From the NCBI GenBank assembly GCA_903908245.1, contig CAIVRE010000002.1, positions 26,761-90,760 of the forward strand: 64,000 nt of DNA, given 5' to 3'. Each line of letters starts with the position of its first letter. The stretch's first letter is position 1. Under the pieces are notes generated by a model. It worked only from the letters and a program-made list of their open reading frames with translations. It was not told the DNA's origin and did not search any database. The position numbers were made by a program, and so were the translations under genes. Source of the stretch: Candidatus Omnitrophota bacterium (GTDB taxonomy: Bacteria > Omnitrophota > Gorgyraeia > Zapsychrales > Fredricksoniimonadaceae). This document shows, in pieces, positions 1-17,579 of the stretch.

Positions 1-6093
<6,093 letters not shown>

Positions 6094-6232
6094 ATCCGTC
6101 CGAAATGTATTTTCATCGGATGCTTTTCCGGGAAGCCCCGGAAAAACACGAGCTGAGGCGGAAAAATCCGCCCCAGCTTGTTTAAGAAAAAGGCTTTTAC
6201 GGGCAATACTGCAGATGGATCATCCGCCAGTA

Positions 6233-6631
6233 TTACTGTAACTCGACCTTGGCACCAGCCGCTTCGAGCTTCTTCTTCATTTCCTCAGCTTCTTCCTTGG
6301 TCGCATCTTCCTTGATGGCCTTGGGAGCAGCCTCGACAAGATCCTTGGCCTCTTTTAGGCCCAGGTTCGTGATCGCGCGGACTTCCTTGATGACATTGAT
6401 CTTGCTTGCACCCGCATCCTTGAGGACGACCTTGAAGGTGGTCTTTTCCTCAGCCGCCGGAGCAGCGGCTCCGCCGGCCGCAGGGCCAGCCATCATCATC
6501 GGCGCAGCGGCCGTGATGCCGAATTTCGCTTCCAACGCCTTGACGAGGTCGGAAAGCTCCAAAGCCGTAAGAGTCTCAATGCTCTTAATAAGCTCCTCGA
6601 GCTTTGGAGTAAGATTTGCTGTGTCAGACAT
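6233..6631 (-). CDS. rplL: 50S ribosomal protein L7/L12
   Basis: [24 protein letters not shown], Ala-rich hinge; operon position. Confidence 0.99.
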   Translation of the reverse strand: MSDTANLTPKLEELIKSIETLTALELSDLVKALEAKFGITAAAPMMMAGPAAGGAAAPAAEEKTTFKVVLKDAGASKINVIKEVRAITNLGLKEAKDLVEAAPKAIKEDATKEEAEEMKKKLEAAGAKVELQ

Positions 6632-7162
6632 TTAATTACCTCCCCTTTTTTCGCTTAACTGTTTCAAGATCAGAATGAGTTCTGTTGTTTTACCGTTCAA
6701 AGCCCTGGCCAGACGCGTCATCGGCGACTGGAGTGTTCCAAGCAACTGAGTTAAAAGCACTTCTTTCGACGGAAGATCTGAAATGCGCTTGATATCTTCC
6801 TTGCGCAACAGGCTCTTGTCGAGCACGCCGCCGCAGAAAACGAAATTCTCGTTCTTCTTGGCGAATGCCACGAGGACCTTGGCAATATCGGCCGGATCAG
6901 CGCTTGTAAAAATGACCGCTGTCTGCCCGCTAAGGTTTTCGGCCAGCGATGCGTAATTCGTCCCTTTAAAAGCGACCTTCACCAAAGAATTGCGGGACGC
7001 GCACATCTTGGCTTTTTTCTGACGGAGCGTCTTTCTGAGGCTGGAAAGGTCGCCCGAAGAAATCTTCTGAAAATTCACGACAACACAGGTACTGCTTTTT
7101 TCCAGGCCGTCCCTGAGTGTCTTCACCATTTTATCCCTGTAAACCTTGCCGACTTTTATCAT
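6632..7162 (-). CDS. rplJ: 50S ribosomal protein L10
   Basis: LRKTLR...RNSLVKVA and LPSKEVLLTQLLG motifs; between rplA and rplL. Confidence 0.95.
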   Translation of the reverse strand: MIKVGKVYRDKMVKTLRDGLEKSSTCVVVNFQKISSGDLSSLRKTLRQKKAKMCASRNSLVKVAFKGTNYASLAENLSGQTAVIFTSADPADIAKVLVAFAKKNENFVFCGGVLDKSLLRKEDIKRISDLPSKEVLLTQLLGTLQSPMTRLARALNGKTTELILILKQLSEKRGGN

Positions 7163-7845
7163 ATGGCCACCTTCACCCCTGCTCCCATTGTTGAAGAGAG
7201 GTAAACGCTCTTGATGAAAACTCCCTTAACCGACGACGGCTTGGCGTGTGCGATCGTATCGATCACAAGCTGCGCATTGGCCACGATCTGCTCGACCGTG
7301 AACGAACGCTTGGCGATCCCCAGGTGCAGTCCGCCCTGCTTGTCGTTCTTGAATTCAACACGGCCGGCTTTGACTTCGCGCAACGCGCGCTCGACATCAG
7401 GTGTAACTGTCCCGGCCTTGGGTGAAGGCATAAGGCCGCGGGGCCCGAGGACTTTCCCCAGCTTGCTGAGATCTTTCATCATGTCAGGCGTGGCGATAAT
7501 GCAATCAAAATCAAGGAACCCTTCCTTGTCGATCTTCTCGATCAGGTCCATCCCGCCGACATGGTCCGCACCGGCATTCTTGGCCTTGGCGACATTATCT
7601 CCCTGGCAGATCACCGCCACTTTCATGGATTTTCCCGTGCCATGCGGAAGAACAATGGTCCCGCGCACATTCTGGTCAGAATCTTTGGTATCGATGCCCA
7701 GAGCAAAATGAAGCTCGACCGTCTCATTGAACTTCGCCTTAGGCGTCTGTTCCAGGACCTTGACAGCATCCAGAAGTGGATACGCCCTGCCGATCTCTAC
7801 CTTTGTATATGCCGCTTTGACACGCTTGCTTATCTTTGTCGCCAT
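7159..7845 (-). CDS. rplA: 50S ribosomal protein L1
   Basis: KFNETVELH, LPHGTGK, LGPRGLMPSPKAGTVT, SSTMGAG. Confidence 0.99.
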   Translation of the reverse strand: MATKISKRVKAAYTKVEIGRAYPLLDAVKVLEQTPKAKFNETVELHFALGIDTKDSDQNVRGTIVLPHGTGKSMKVAVICQGDNVAKAKNAGADHVGGMDLIEKIDKEGFLDFDCIIATPDMMKDLSKLGKVLGPRGLMPSPKAGTVTPDVERALREVKAGRVEFKNDKQGGLHLGIAKRSFTVEQIVANAQLVIDTIAHAKPSSVKGVFIKSVYLSSTMGAGVKVAI

Positions 7846-7846
7846 G

Positions 7847-8272
7847 TTAATCCTTTATAGCTATTCCCATGCTTCTGGCAGTACCCTTAACGATACGGGA
7901 CGCCTGTTCCATATCTCCGGTATTCAGATCATCCATCTTCATCTTGGCGATCTCCTCGACCTGCGCCTTGGTGACCGTACCAATAGTCTCCTTACCGGCC
8001 GTCCCTGAAGCCTTGGCAAGTTTCGCCGCCTTCTTGAGAAGGGCGGAACTCGGAGGGGTTTTAATGATGAAATCGAATGATTTATCTTTATAAATATTGA
8101 TGATAACAGGAAGCGGCATCGCTTCCCTGCCCTTGGTCTGCTCGTTGAACGACTTGCAGAACATCATAATGTTCACGCCGTGCTGACCGAGCGCAGGGCC
8201 GACCGGCGGTGCAGGATTCGCCTGGCCTGCAATAACATACAAATTAACTTTTGCGACTATTTCTTTTGCCAT
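7847..8272 (-). CDS. rplK: 50S ribosomal protein L11
   Basis: ANPAPPVGPALGQHGVNIM, GTARSMGI. Confidence 0.99.
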   Translation of the reverse strand: MAKEIVAKVNLYVIAGQANPAPPVGPALGQHGVNIMMFCKSFNEQTKGREAMPLPVIINIYKDKSFDFIIKTPPSSALLKKAAKLAKASGTAGKETIGTVTKAQVEEIAKMKMDDLNTGDMEQASRIVKGTARSMGIAIKD

Positions 8273-8294
8273 AATTTTATCCGTTCACACCAAG

Positions 8295-8819
8295 TTATAT
8301 TTTTTCTACCTGCCAGTATTCCAATTCCACCAGGGTCGAGCGGCCGAAAATAGAAACGCTGACCTTCAATTTCCCCCTGTCCGGAAAAGTCTCTACCACG
8401 ATCCCGTTAAAATTCCCGAACGGCCCCTGCGTGATGCGCACCGGCTCATTGGGCTCAAAAACGACCTTGGGTGACGGCTTGGATTCCGTATCCACCGAAC
8501 GTTTGAGAATATTGTTCACTTCGACATCGGACAATTTCTGAGGCTTTCGGCCCGGGCCGATAAAACTGGTGACACCGGGAGTCGTCTTGATGAGATACCA
8601 GCTTTCCTTGTTCATCTCCATCTTGACGATCAGGTAACCGGGGAAAAACTTGCGGGTCGTGATCCGTTTTTTACCGCCGCGAACTTCAGAAACCTGCTCC
8701 GTCGGGACAACGATCTCTCCGATATAATTCTTGAGGGCGGTCTGTTCCATACGGCGTTCCAGGCCGGCCCTTACCCGGTCTTCTGCGCCTGTTTGCGTGT
8801 GAATAACATACCAATCCAT
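8295..8819 (-). CDS. nusG: Transcription termination/antitermination factor NusG
   Basis: WYVIHT..G.E, FFPGYL, KOW motif GPFGNFNG, VSIFGR; ATG at 8819 chosen because AGGTG precedes it. Confidence 0.98.
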   Translation of the reverse strand: MDWYVIHTQTGAEDRVRAGLERRMEQTALKNYIGEIVVPTEQVSEVRGGKKRITTRKFFPGYLIVKMEMNKESWYLIKTTPGVTSFIGPGRKPQKLSDVEVNNILKRSVDTESKPSPKVVFEPNEPVRITQGPFGNFNGIVVETFPDRGKLKVSVSIFGRSTLVELEYWQVEKI

Positions 8820-8827
8820 AAGATCGA

Positions 8828-9013
8828 TCACCTGATAAGTGTATTAAGTCCGCGTGAAAGGATAAGATCGGTAAGCGTAATGAAGCAGCCCAGACAGACG
8901 GCGCTTATGATCACAATGAACGAAGAATTGATCAGGTCTTTCCTGGACGTCCAGTTGACCTTCTTCAACTCCGCGATCACTTCCTCTAAGAATGTCTTAA
9001 CTTTTACTATCAT
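8828..9013 (-). CDS. secE: Preprotein translocase subunit SecE
   Basis: ELKKVNWTSRKDL motif plus one TM segment; between tRNA-Trp and nusG. Confidence 0.95.
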   Translation of the reverse strand: MIVKVKTFLEEVIAELKKVNWTSRKDLINSSFIVIISAVCLGCFITLTDLILSRGLNTLIR

Positions 9014-9027
9014 TTTGTTCGCAACCA

Positions 9028-9101
9028 CAGGCCAGGCTGGATTCGAACCAGCAACCTACGGTTTTGGAGACCGACGCTCTACCAGTTAGAGCTACTGGCC
9101 T
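9028..9101 (-). tRNA. tRNA-Trp (CCA)
   Basis: Reverse complement AGGCCAGTAGCTCTAACTGGTAGAGCGTCGGTCTCCAAAACCGTAGGTTGCTGGTTCGAATCCAGCCTGGCCTG; anticodon loop CTCCAAA; 3' CCA not encoded. Confidence 0.97.
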
Positions 9102-9105
9102 AAAA

Positions 9106-9258
9106 TTATTTCTTCATTTCCTTATGCGGCGTATGCTTGCGGTCGAACGGGCAGTACTTGCTCAGTTCAATACGCTCAGGTTTCTTCTTTTTGTCCTTGG
9201 TGCCGTTGTAATTGATACGCTGGCATTCAGTGCACTGTAAATGGATGACTTCTCTCAT
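9106..9258 (-). CDS. rpmG: 50S ribosomal protein L33
   Basis: Manual translation MREVIHLQCTECQRINYNGTKDKKKKPERIELSKYCPFDRKHTPHKEMKK (50 aa, below ORF track cutoff). Confidence 0.97.
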   Translation of the reverse strand: MREVIHLQCTECQRINYNGTKDKKKKPERIELSKYCPFDRKHTPHKEMKK

Positions 9259-9273
9259 GGGTCTCCGTACTTA

Positions 9274-9346
9274 AGCCCTCGACCAGGATTGAACTGGTGA
9301 CCTCGTCCTTACCAAGGACGTGCTCTACCAACTGAGCTACAAGGGC
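9274..9346 (-). tRNA. tRNA-Thr (GGT)
   Basis: Reverse complement GCCCTTGTAGCTCAGTTGGTAGAGCACGTCCTTGGTAAGGACGAGGTCACCAGTTCAATCCTGGTCGAGGGCT. Confidence 0.97.
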
Positions 9347-9362
9347 GTTTAAATGAAGCAAG

Positions 9363-9391
9363 AGTATATACAACGCTCCCGCGATTGTCAA
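9363..9391 (-). promoter_or_regulatory. Sigma70-type promoter for the tRNA-Thr/rpmG/secE operon
   Basis: TTGACA-N17-TATACT on minus strand, ~17 nt upstream of tRNA-Thr. Confidence 0.8.
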
Positions 9392-9472
9392 GGTCTTTCG
9401 GCAACAAATAAAACAAGGGAAGAGACCGGGGGATAACCCCGACGGGACATGCCTTTGCGTTCCTGAAAGGCC

Positions 9473-10627
9473 CTAAACGATCTTCAGGAAACGGCGCTTG
9501 CCGACCTTGAGGACGCCACGTTCGACAGGCCAGGATTCATCGGCCAGCGGGCTTCCTTCAAAGGAAACGGCATTCTGCTTGATCAGCCGGCGGGCTTCAT
9601 TCTTCGACAGGCAGATCCCAGTCATTACCAGGATGCCGATCAAGTCCATGCCGGGCTCAAGCTTCAGGCTTGCTATGTCGTCCGGGACCTGCTTCTTCGC
9701 GAACACACTGTTAAAGTGTTCACGGCTGTCCCTCGCGGCATCGGGTCCGTGGAACTGGGCGACAATGCTTCCCGCCAGCTCCATCTTCGCCTCCTTCGGA
9801 TGCATCTGCCGGACGACCCCGAGGTCATGGTCCGTCAAAAGCTCGAAGTATTTGATCATCAACTCGTCGGATACCGACATCAGCTTGCCGAACATCTCGC
9901 GCGGCGGCTCGTTGATCCCCACATAATTGCCAAGGGATTTCGACATCTTGTTGACCCCGTCCAACCCCTCGAGGAGCGGCGTCATGATAACCACCTGCGG
10001 CTCGGCGCCATAGGCTTCCTGGATCTGGCGGCCCATCAGAAGATTGAACTTCTGGTCGGAACCGCCAAGCTCGATATCTGCCTCCAACACAACGGAATCA
10101 TACCCCTGCAGAAGCGGATAAATGAACTCCAGCAGGCTGATCTCCCGCCCATCCTCAAAACGCTTCTTGAAATCCGCCCGCGCCAGCATCTGCGCGACCG
10201 TTGAACGGGCCGTAAGCTCCATCAGGTCCTGCGCACTGAACTTGCCGAACCAATGACTGTTGAACACAACTTCGGTCTTCTGCGGGTCAAGGACTTTAAA
10301 AACCTGCTCTTTATATGTCTCCGCATTACGCTCGACGTCCTCACGGGTCATCTTCTTGCGCAACTCATTACGTCCGCTAGGATCTCCGACCTGGGCGGTA
10401 AAATCCCCTATCAGAAAAACAACCTTATGCCCCAGGTCCTGGAACTGCTTCATTTTTCTAAGCAGGACCACATGCCCCAGATGAATATCGGGGGCAGTCG
10501 GATCAAAGCCCGCCTTGACGACCAGAGGGGCACCTTTGGCCCGGCTTTTCTCAAGCTTCTTTTCCAGATGCTTGAGGTCGATCACCTCGACCGTACCACG
10601 CGTAATGATCTTCAGGGCTTCTTGCAT
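9473..10627 (-). CDS. tyrS: Tyrosine--tRNA ligase
   Basis: [13 protein letters not shown] (HIGH), KMSKS, C-terminal S4 domain. Confidence 0.98.
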   Translation of the reverse strand: MQEALKIITRGTVEVIDLKHLEKKLEKSRAKGAPLVVKAGFDPTAPDIHLGHVVLLRKMKQFQDLGHKVVFLIGDFTAQVGDPSGRNELRKKMTREDVERNAETYKEQVFKVLDPQKTEVVFNSHWFGKFSAQDLMELTARSTVAQMLARADFKKRFEDGREISLLEFIYPLLQGYDSVVLEADIELGGSDQKFNLLMGRQIQEAYGAEPQVVIMTPLLEGLDGVNKMSKSLGNYVGINEPPREMFGKLMSVSDELMIKYFELLTDHDLGVVRQMHPKEAKMELAGSIVAQFHGPDAARDSREHFNSVFAKKQVPDDIASLKLEPGMDLIGILVMTGICLSKNEARRLIKQNAVSFEGSPLADESWPVERGVLKVGKRRFLKIV

Positions 10628-10630
10628 TAT

Positions 10631-10680
10631 AAAAAAAAGGGCAAGCTGTTTTCTGTTATCAGAAAAAGCCCGCCCTTTTC
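10631..10680 (-). terminator. Probable intrinsic terminator after rpsA
   Basis: AAAAGGGCGGGCT...AGCTTGCCCTTTTTTTT hairpin plus U-tract on minus strand. Confidence 0.6.
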
Positions 10681-10689
10681 TCCTTCGTA

Positions 10690-12237
10690 TTAAACCTTGG
10701 TGCTCACGCCGATCTTCATCTGATCAACGTCAACTTTGATAACCTTCACGCGAAGAGAATCACCGGCCTTAAGTTTCGCGGCCTCGTCTTTCTCGATCTC
10801 GGACGAATACACCAGCGCTTCCACCTCGTCATCCAGCTTCACAAAAACACCGAAGTTGGAATTGGTAATAACGATCGCATCAATAACAGTATCCACAGGA
10901 TACTTCTTGGCGATCTCAGCCCAGGGATTCACCGCCAGCTGTTTAAGGCCGAGCGTGATCTTGCGCGCCTTGGGATCAACGGCCAGGACAACTACCTCCA
11001 CTGCCTGCCCCTTGGCCAGGACTTCCTGCGGATGATTGATCTTGCGCGTCCAGGACATGTCGGACACATGGATCATGCCCTCGAGCCCCTGTTCAAGCTC
11101 CACAAAAGCGCCATAATCAGCGAAACCGCGGACCGTACCCTTGACCCGGGCATTGGTCGGAAAATATTGTTCCGCCTTAAGCCACGGATTATCCTCGAGC
11201 TGCTTCATCGAGAGGGAAATGCGCTTGGCATCCTTGTCCACATTGATGATCTGCACATCGACCTGCTGGCCGACGGTAAAGAGCTCCTGGGGATTGACCA
11301 TCTTCTTCTGCCAGGTGATCTCGGACGAATGAAGAAGGCCCTCGATCCCGCGGCTGATCTCGACGAACACGCCGTAAGGCATAATATTGACGACCTTGCC
11401 CTTGACCACGGTACCTGCCGGATACTTGTCGTAAACAGCTTCCCACGGATTCGCAGAGATCTGCTTGAGACCCAGCGAAACCTTGGAATTCTCCTTGTCA
11501 AAATCAAGGATTATGATCTCCAGGCGCTGGCCGAGAGAAACGATCTCCGACGGATGGCTGATACGCGACCAGCTCATATCGGTAATATGCAATAAACCAT
11601 CAACACCGCCCAGATCGATAAAGGCACCGAAATCCGTGATACCCTTGACGAGCCCTGTACGGCGCTGGCCTTTTTCCAGCTTGCTCCACAAATGCTTGCG
11701 GCTCTCTTCGTGCTCCTTCTGAACGATCTCGCGGCGCGAAAGGATAAGATTGCGGCGCTGCTTGTTCATTTTGGCGACAAGGAACCGGTAAGTCCGCGAC
11801 ATGATATCGTCCGGCGGCAACCCCTTGAACGCAGAGAGCGACATCGGCAGGAACGCCTCGACACCCGAAACATCCGCGATGTAACCACCCTTGACGATAC
11901 GGACCACACGGCCTTCGACCACATCGCCTTCATTAATAACATCGGCGATCTTCTGCCAGCCCTTCAGGCGCTCGGCCTTATTGAACGACAGGACCAGCTT
12001 GCCTTCGTCATCCTCGATCGTTTCGATAAGGACGTCGATGTTCTGTCCGATCTCGAGCACGGACGGATCGCGGAACTCCTCCATCGCCACAAAACCCTCG
12101 GATTTGAACCCGATATCGACAACAACCTCGTCCTTGCTTTTAGCGACGATAGTCCCCTGTACGATCTGGCCTTCAATGAAGGTCTTCAGCGTAGCGCCGT
12201 ACAGTTCCTCCATGATAGATTTTTTTGCTTCTGACAT
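10690..12237 (-). CDS. rpsA: 30S ribosomal protein S1
   Basis: Repeated S1 domains ([22 protein letters not shown] etc.). Confidence 0.98.
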   Translation of the reverse strand: MSEAKKSIMEELYGATLKTFIEGQIVQGTIVAKSKDEVVVDIGFKSEGFVAMEEFRDPSVLEIGQNIDVLIETIEDDEGKLVLSFNKAERLKGWQKIADVINEGDVVEGRVVRIVKGGYIADVSGVEAFLPMSLSAFKGLPPDDIMSRTYRFLVAKMNKQRRNLILSRREIVQKEHEESRKHLWSKLEKGQRRTGLVKGITDFGAFIDLGGVDGLLHITDMSWSRISHPSEIVSLGQRLEIIILDFDKENSKVSLGLKQISANPWEAVYDKYPAGTVVKGKVVNIMPYGVFVEISRGIEGLLHSSEITWQKKMVNPQELFTVGQQVDVQIINVDKDAKRISLSMKQLEDNPWLKAEQYFPTNARVKGTVRGFADYGAFVELEQGLEGMIHVSDMSWTRKINHPQEVLAKGQAVEVVVLAVDPKARKITLGLKQLAVNPWAEIAKKYPVDTVIDAIVITNSNFGVFVKLDDEVEALVYSSEIEKDEAAKLKAGDSLRVKVIKVDVDQMKIGVSTKV

Positions 12238-12310
12238 AATAAAAATACCTCTTTCCCCTGGAATCGGCCTTTGGATTTAGGGTTGCCCCTAGAGGCCAAT
12301 AGAAAGGGTA

Positions 12311-12338
12311 ATTATCTACAAAAATACTCTTATGTCAA
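12311..12338 (-). promoter_or_regulatory. Putative sigma70 promoter of rpsA
   Basis: TTGACA-N16-GATAAT on minus strand. Confidence 0.55.
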
Positions 12339-12354
12339 TTAAAATCTCCCGCCC

Positions 12355-12389
12355 CCCTACCGGAGAGGGTCTCACCCTCTCCGGTAGGG
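12355..12389. terminator. 16-bp perfect hairpin downstream of the DUF3034-like gene (terminator or REP-like)
   Basis: CCCTACCGGAGAGGGT-CTC-ACCCTCTCCGGTAGGG. Confidence 0.55.
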
Positions 12390-12397
12390 AGAAGGTT

Positions 12398-13264
12398 TTA
12401 AAACGCGTAATTAGCGCTTAGGACAAAACCATCGCCAAGGCCGATCTTATGCCCGACAACAGCGTTATCCTTATTATCACCGGTATTCACATATGCCGCG
12501 ACCAGCGTCAGTTGCTTGTTCGCAAGCCACGCCACATGAGCATCATAATAATCCGCATTCTTCCAGCCAGCTACCTGCGCCCCCTGCTCGTATTCAAACC
12601 CGATGGCAACATCTTTCAGCGGGAGAACATCAATATTCCCGAACAAGGCCGTATCCCGCTTGGTGCCAAAACCATACACCCCCGTTGAACGGGCATCGGT
12701 CGAACGGATACCGCCAGACAAAAGCACTGGCTTGGGAAGGCCAGTCAGGAACTTTGTCGCCACAACATAATAATCATACCCCTGCTTCTTTACATCCGCC
12801 GGAGTATCGTAAGTTGTTTGTTTATAGATCGTCCCTACCGCCACCGCCGGGATCAGTTTGTTATCACCGGCATTCTCTTTCACCAATAAGGCCTTCAACC
12901 CGATGTTCTGTTTGTTAATGGTCTTCGGTGCCCCGGTCTGGGCAATGATCTCATTACCGTAAGAAACCTCCAGGCGATCGAAGAATGTCGTGGCAACGCT
13001 CTGCGTATTCCAGTCAGCCTTAACGTCATTAAGCCTGATCCGCCACAGCCCGAACTGGGGCTTATTAACAGCATCCTTGAACACTGCCCCTGATCCCGTC
13101 GCCTTTTCTCCGGCGTCAAAAGGCGTCCCTGCGGTATACGCCAAAGGATTAAAAGCAACTCCTCCCACCCCTTCCACGTTATTTAACGGTAAACCGGCAA
13201 AAGCCAAAGAACGGACTGTTACAACCAATACTACTGTTACTGCTATTTGAGTGATGGTCTTCAT
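12398..13264 (-). CDS. DUF3034-like exported beta-barrel (putative outer-membrane porin)
   Basis: Sec signal peptide, N-terminal NVEGVGGVAFNP motif, alternating beta-strand pattern, C-terminal Phe (LSANYAF). Confidence 0.7.
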   Translation of the reverse strand: MKTITQIAVTVVLVVTVRSLAFAGLPLNNVEGVGGVAFNPLAYTAGTPFDAGEKATGSGAVFKDAVNKPQFGLWRIRLNDVKADWNTQSVATTFFDRLEVSYGNEIIAQTGAPKTINKQNIGLKALLVKENAGDNKLIPAVAVGTIYKQTTYDTPADVKKQGYDYYVVATKFLTGLPKPVLLSGGIRSTDARSTGVYGFGTKRDTALFGNIDVLPLKDVAIGFEYEQGAQVAGWKNADYYDAHVAWLANKQLTLVAAYVNTGDNKDNAVVGHKIGLGDGFVLSANYAF

Positions 13265-13397
13265 GGATATCTCCTGTTTGATCTTCTTTTGCTCAGGAGT
13301 TCCAGTCGACTGGTGAACCTGAAATTATTTTATTTTTTTCTAAATGACACCAACGCATCACGGGATGTCCGTTAAGCCACACTCTTTTACCGCCTTG

Positions 13398-13583
13398 TCA
13401 AATGCCACCCCCTTCCTCAACTTTCCAGACATCATCAAACCGCTTGCGAGTCGTGACCTCGATCTGGATGATCCTGGAATCATGGATCTTAATAAGGACG
13501 GTCCCGTAATCCAGCCCCGTCACCGCATCGCGAACATCCTTGATGATCGCATCATTAACAATCAAGCCCTGTGCTGCACTCAT
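13398..13583 (-). CDS. YezD (DUF2292) family small protein
   Basis: LDYGTVLIKIHDSRIIQIEVTTRKRF matches the YezD pattern; sulfur-gene context. Confidence 0.85.
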   Translation of the reverse strand: MSAAQGLIVNDAIIKDVRDAVTGLDYGTVLIKIHDSRIIQIEVTTRKRFDDVWKVEEGGGI

Positions 13584-13591
13584 ATGGCCTC

Positions 13592-14965
<1,374 letters not shown>

Positions 14966-14969
14966 CATA

Positions 14970-15407
14970 TTAAACTCCGAATGCCGCGTAACCGTTCTTT
15001 CTTTTCGCCCGCATTCGGACCGCCTTTTCGGCCATATCCGACAACTTATAGGATGAAAATACCCGCTCGATCGCAGCTGAAGCTTCTTTCCAGATGTCAC
15101 TTGTGATACATCCCTCTTTATCGCACCCCTGACAATCAACAAGCCCGATCTGTCCTTCAAGAACAGAAACAATGTCCTTGACCGTAATATCATTCGCTGG
15201 CTTTGCTAAGGTGAATCCCCCCTTGACACCGCGCTGAGCGTTGACCAACCCCGCCGCTTTAAGGGATGACGCCAGCTGCCACAGATACTTTTCCGAGATA
15301 TTCTGACTACGGGCAATATCCCCGAGAAGAATAAACCCCTCAGGTTGCCTTATCGCAAGCTCAAGCATAAGTCTTGTGCCGTAACGACTTTTCGTAGAAA
15401 GCTTCAT
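14970..15407 (-). CDS. Rrf2 family transcriptional regulator (CymR/IscR-like)
   Basis: MKLSTKSRYG start, ISEKYLWQL..L...GLV...RG..GGF wHTH; three Cys (CQGCDKEGC). Confidence 0.93.
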   Translation of the reverse strand: MKLSTKSRYGTRLMLELAIRQPEGFILLGDIARSQNISEKYLWQLASSLKAAGLVNAQRGVKGGFTLAKPANDITVKDIVSVLEGQIGLVDCQGCDKEGCITSDIWKEASAAIERVFSSYKLSDMAEKAVRMRAKRKNGYAAFGV

Positions 15408-15450
15408 TTGAACCCCCAAAGTAATAAGTAAGTCTATCGGAACACTAGAG

Positions 15451-15478
15451 AATATAGCACACAAAAAAAGAATGTCAA
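15451..15478 (-). promoter_or_regulatory. Putative sigma70 promoter of the Rrf2/sulfur operon
   Basis: TTGACA-N16-TATATT with upstream TG, minus strand. Confidence 0.55.
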
Positions 15479-15514
15479 GAAAAAAGATACGAACCAAATA
15501 TGTCTTTGAAGATA

Positions 15515-16120
15515 TCAGGAGGGCTTTAACGCCAGGATCGCCTGCATGATGCGCTGTGCGGCGATAGTTGAGTCAACATCGGAAGAAAAAACAAGAGGCT
15601 GGCCAAAGATAACTTTAACAGACGTACGTTTGGGGAATTTAGCACTTTTAGGTAAAACCTTATCCGTGCCTTCAATATATATAGGCACAACAGGGACGCC
15701 GGACTTGCCTGCCAGGAAACCAACCCCCGCCTGAGGCTTCTCGCCGCCACGGGTCCCCTGCGGAAAAACGAGCACCGGCCAACCGTCTTTAAGGCTCTGC
15801 AATACTTCCGTCAACGCACCGCGATCTGCCGAACCACGCTTAAGCGCAATACCCCCGCCAAAACGGATCAACGCGCCCAGGACAGGATGTTTAAATAACG
15901 AATCCTTGGCCAAAAACCTTATCCGGCGCGGTGAAACAACCGGCAAAAGGACAGGATCGATATTGCTTTCATGATTAGAGGCGTAAATACATCCGCCCGT
16001 CTTCGGGATATTCTCCCGGCCATAAGTGCGGCAGGGATAAAAACAAAAGCTGACAACAGCCGCGAGGCCCGTTGTCAGCCAATAGTAGACATACTTCAGA
16101 ACGTTCAACATATTGGGCAC
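15515..16120 (-). CDS. plsC: 1-acyl-sn-glycerol-3-phosphate acyltransferase
   Basis: NHESNID (HX4D), FLAKDSLF, FPQGTR motifs. Confidence 0.92.
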   Translation of the reverse strand: MPNMLNVLKYVYYWLTTGLAAVVSFCFYPCRTYGRENIPKTGGCIYASNHESNIDPVLLPVVSPRRIRFLAKDSLFKHPVLGALIRFGGGIALKRGSADRGALTEVLQSLKDGWPVLVFPQGTRGGEKPQAGVGFLAGKSGVPVVPIYIEGTDKVLPKSAKFPKRTSVKVIFGQPLVFSSDVDSTIAAQRIMQAILALKPS

Positions 16121-16147
16121 ATGAGTTATCGTCTATTTACCGGGCGA

Positions 16148-17575
16148 TCATCCCAGGGTCTTGGCCAGCTCCAACGCGAAATCAAGGAGCTGCTTCGTGC
16201 GTTTAGAGCTCTTGGACTCCGCGTACGCGCGCAAGATCGGCTCGGTCCCGGAAGCGCGGACCATGATCCAGCTGTCATCCGCCAGCTCGAGCTTCACACC
16301 ATCGAAATCTTTAACAGCAATGACCTGCTTACCCAAAACCGTTTCGATCTTCTTGACCGGCTCAAGGGTCTTCACCATTCCCTTGAGCTGAATGCTGGTC
16401 TTCTCATAATAATATTTACCGTACTTTTTCTCCATCTCGTCGAGGATCTTGACCATGCTCTTCTTCTCGTACACCATCATCTCGATCAGGAGAAGGCCAG
16501 CCAGAATGCCGTCGCGCTCCGGGATATAATCAGGCATGCCCATCCCGCCCGCTTCCTCGCCGCCCGCGATGATCTCTTCGGTCAGCATCAGGTCGGAAAT
16601 ATATTTAAACCCTACCGGCGTCTCGTAAAGCTTGATGCCATTGGCCTTGCACAGATTATCGATCATCGTGGTACCGCAAATGGTCTTGACGATACCGCCC
16701 TTAACGCCGCGGTTCTTCCAAAGGTGAAGCGCAAGCAAAGCCAGGATCTTCTGAGGAGAAACAAACTTTCCGTTAAGAACGACCGCGATACGATCAGCAT
16801 CTCCGTCGAGCACAAGACCAAGGTCATACTTCCCTTTTTTCGTGACCGCAATAAGCTCGCCCAAATATTGTGCCAGAGGCTCCGGACGGGTCCCGCCAAA
16901 ACCGGGATTCACATCCGCATGCATCAGCTCCAGGCGGATAGCTGTGCCTTTAAGTGCGGCCTCAAGCAACCTGCCGCCGGAACCATACATAACATCCTGG
17001 ATCACACGGAACTTTGCCGTCTTGATCTTTCTTAAACTCACATATCCGCGAATAAATTTCAGATAATCCCTCTTAAAATCCAGGACCTTGATCTTGCCGT
17101 CAGCCACAGCCTTCTTGAATTCAACCGACAAGACCGGCTCCACGCCAATATAGCCTTCCACCGCATCCGTAATATTCTTGCCCGCGCCGCCGCCCTCGGC
17201 CGTCTTGATCTTAAAACCGTTATATTCCGGAGGATTATGGCTTGCTGTAATGACCACACCTGCCACGCACTTATGGTCACGCCCCGCCAGGCTAAGCGCC
17301 GGTGTCGGAAGTGACGCGCTCGACAAAAAGACCTCAATGCCGTTCGCGGCCAGGACTGACGCCACAGTCTCGGAGAAATCCTTCGAAAGGAACCTGTTAT
17401 CATAGCCCACCGCCACACGCAAAGGCTCAGTGCCGATCCTTTTTGCATCCCTCTTGACCCACACCGCCAACGCCTGTGAAAGAGCGGCCACATTTTCAAA
17501 AGTAAATGTATCGGCAATGATCGCGCGCCAGCCGTCAGTACCGAATTTAATGACTTCTTTTGGATCCTTTGGCAT
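16148..17575 (-). CDS. Phosphoglucomutase/phosphomannomutase family protein
   Basis: FGTDGWR, TASHNP phosphoserine loop, DGDADR metal loop, RASGTEP. Confidence 0.95.
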   Translation of the reverse strand: MPKDPKEVIKFGTDGWRAIIADTFTFENVAALSQALAVWVKRDAKRIGTEPLRVAVGYDNRFLSKDFSETVASVLAANGIEVFLSSASLPTPALSLAGRDHKCVAGVVITASHNPPEYNGFKIKTAEGGGAGKNITDAVEGYIGVEPVLSVEFKKAVADGKIKVLDFKRDYLKFIRGYVSLRKIKTAKFRVIQDVMYGSGGRLLEAALKGTAIRLELMHADVNPGFGGTRPEPLAQYLGELIAVTKKGKYDLGLVLDGDADRIAVVLNGKFVSPQKILALLALHLWKNRGVKGGIVKTICGTTMIDNLCKANGIKLYETPVGFKYISDLMLTEEIIAGGEEAGGMGMPDYIPERDGILAGLLLIEMMVYEKKSMVKILDEMEKKYGKYYYEKTSIQLKGMVKTLEPVKKIETVLGKQVIAVKDFDGVKLELADDSWIMVRASGTEPILRAYAESKSSKRTKQLLDFALELAKTLG

Positions 17576-17579
17576 AACA

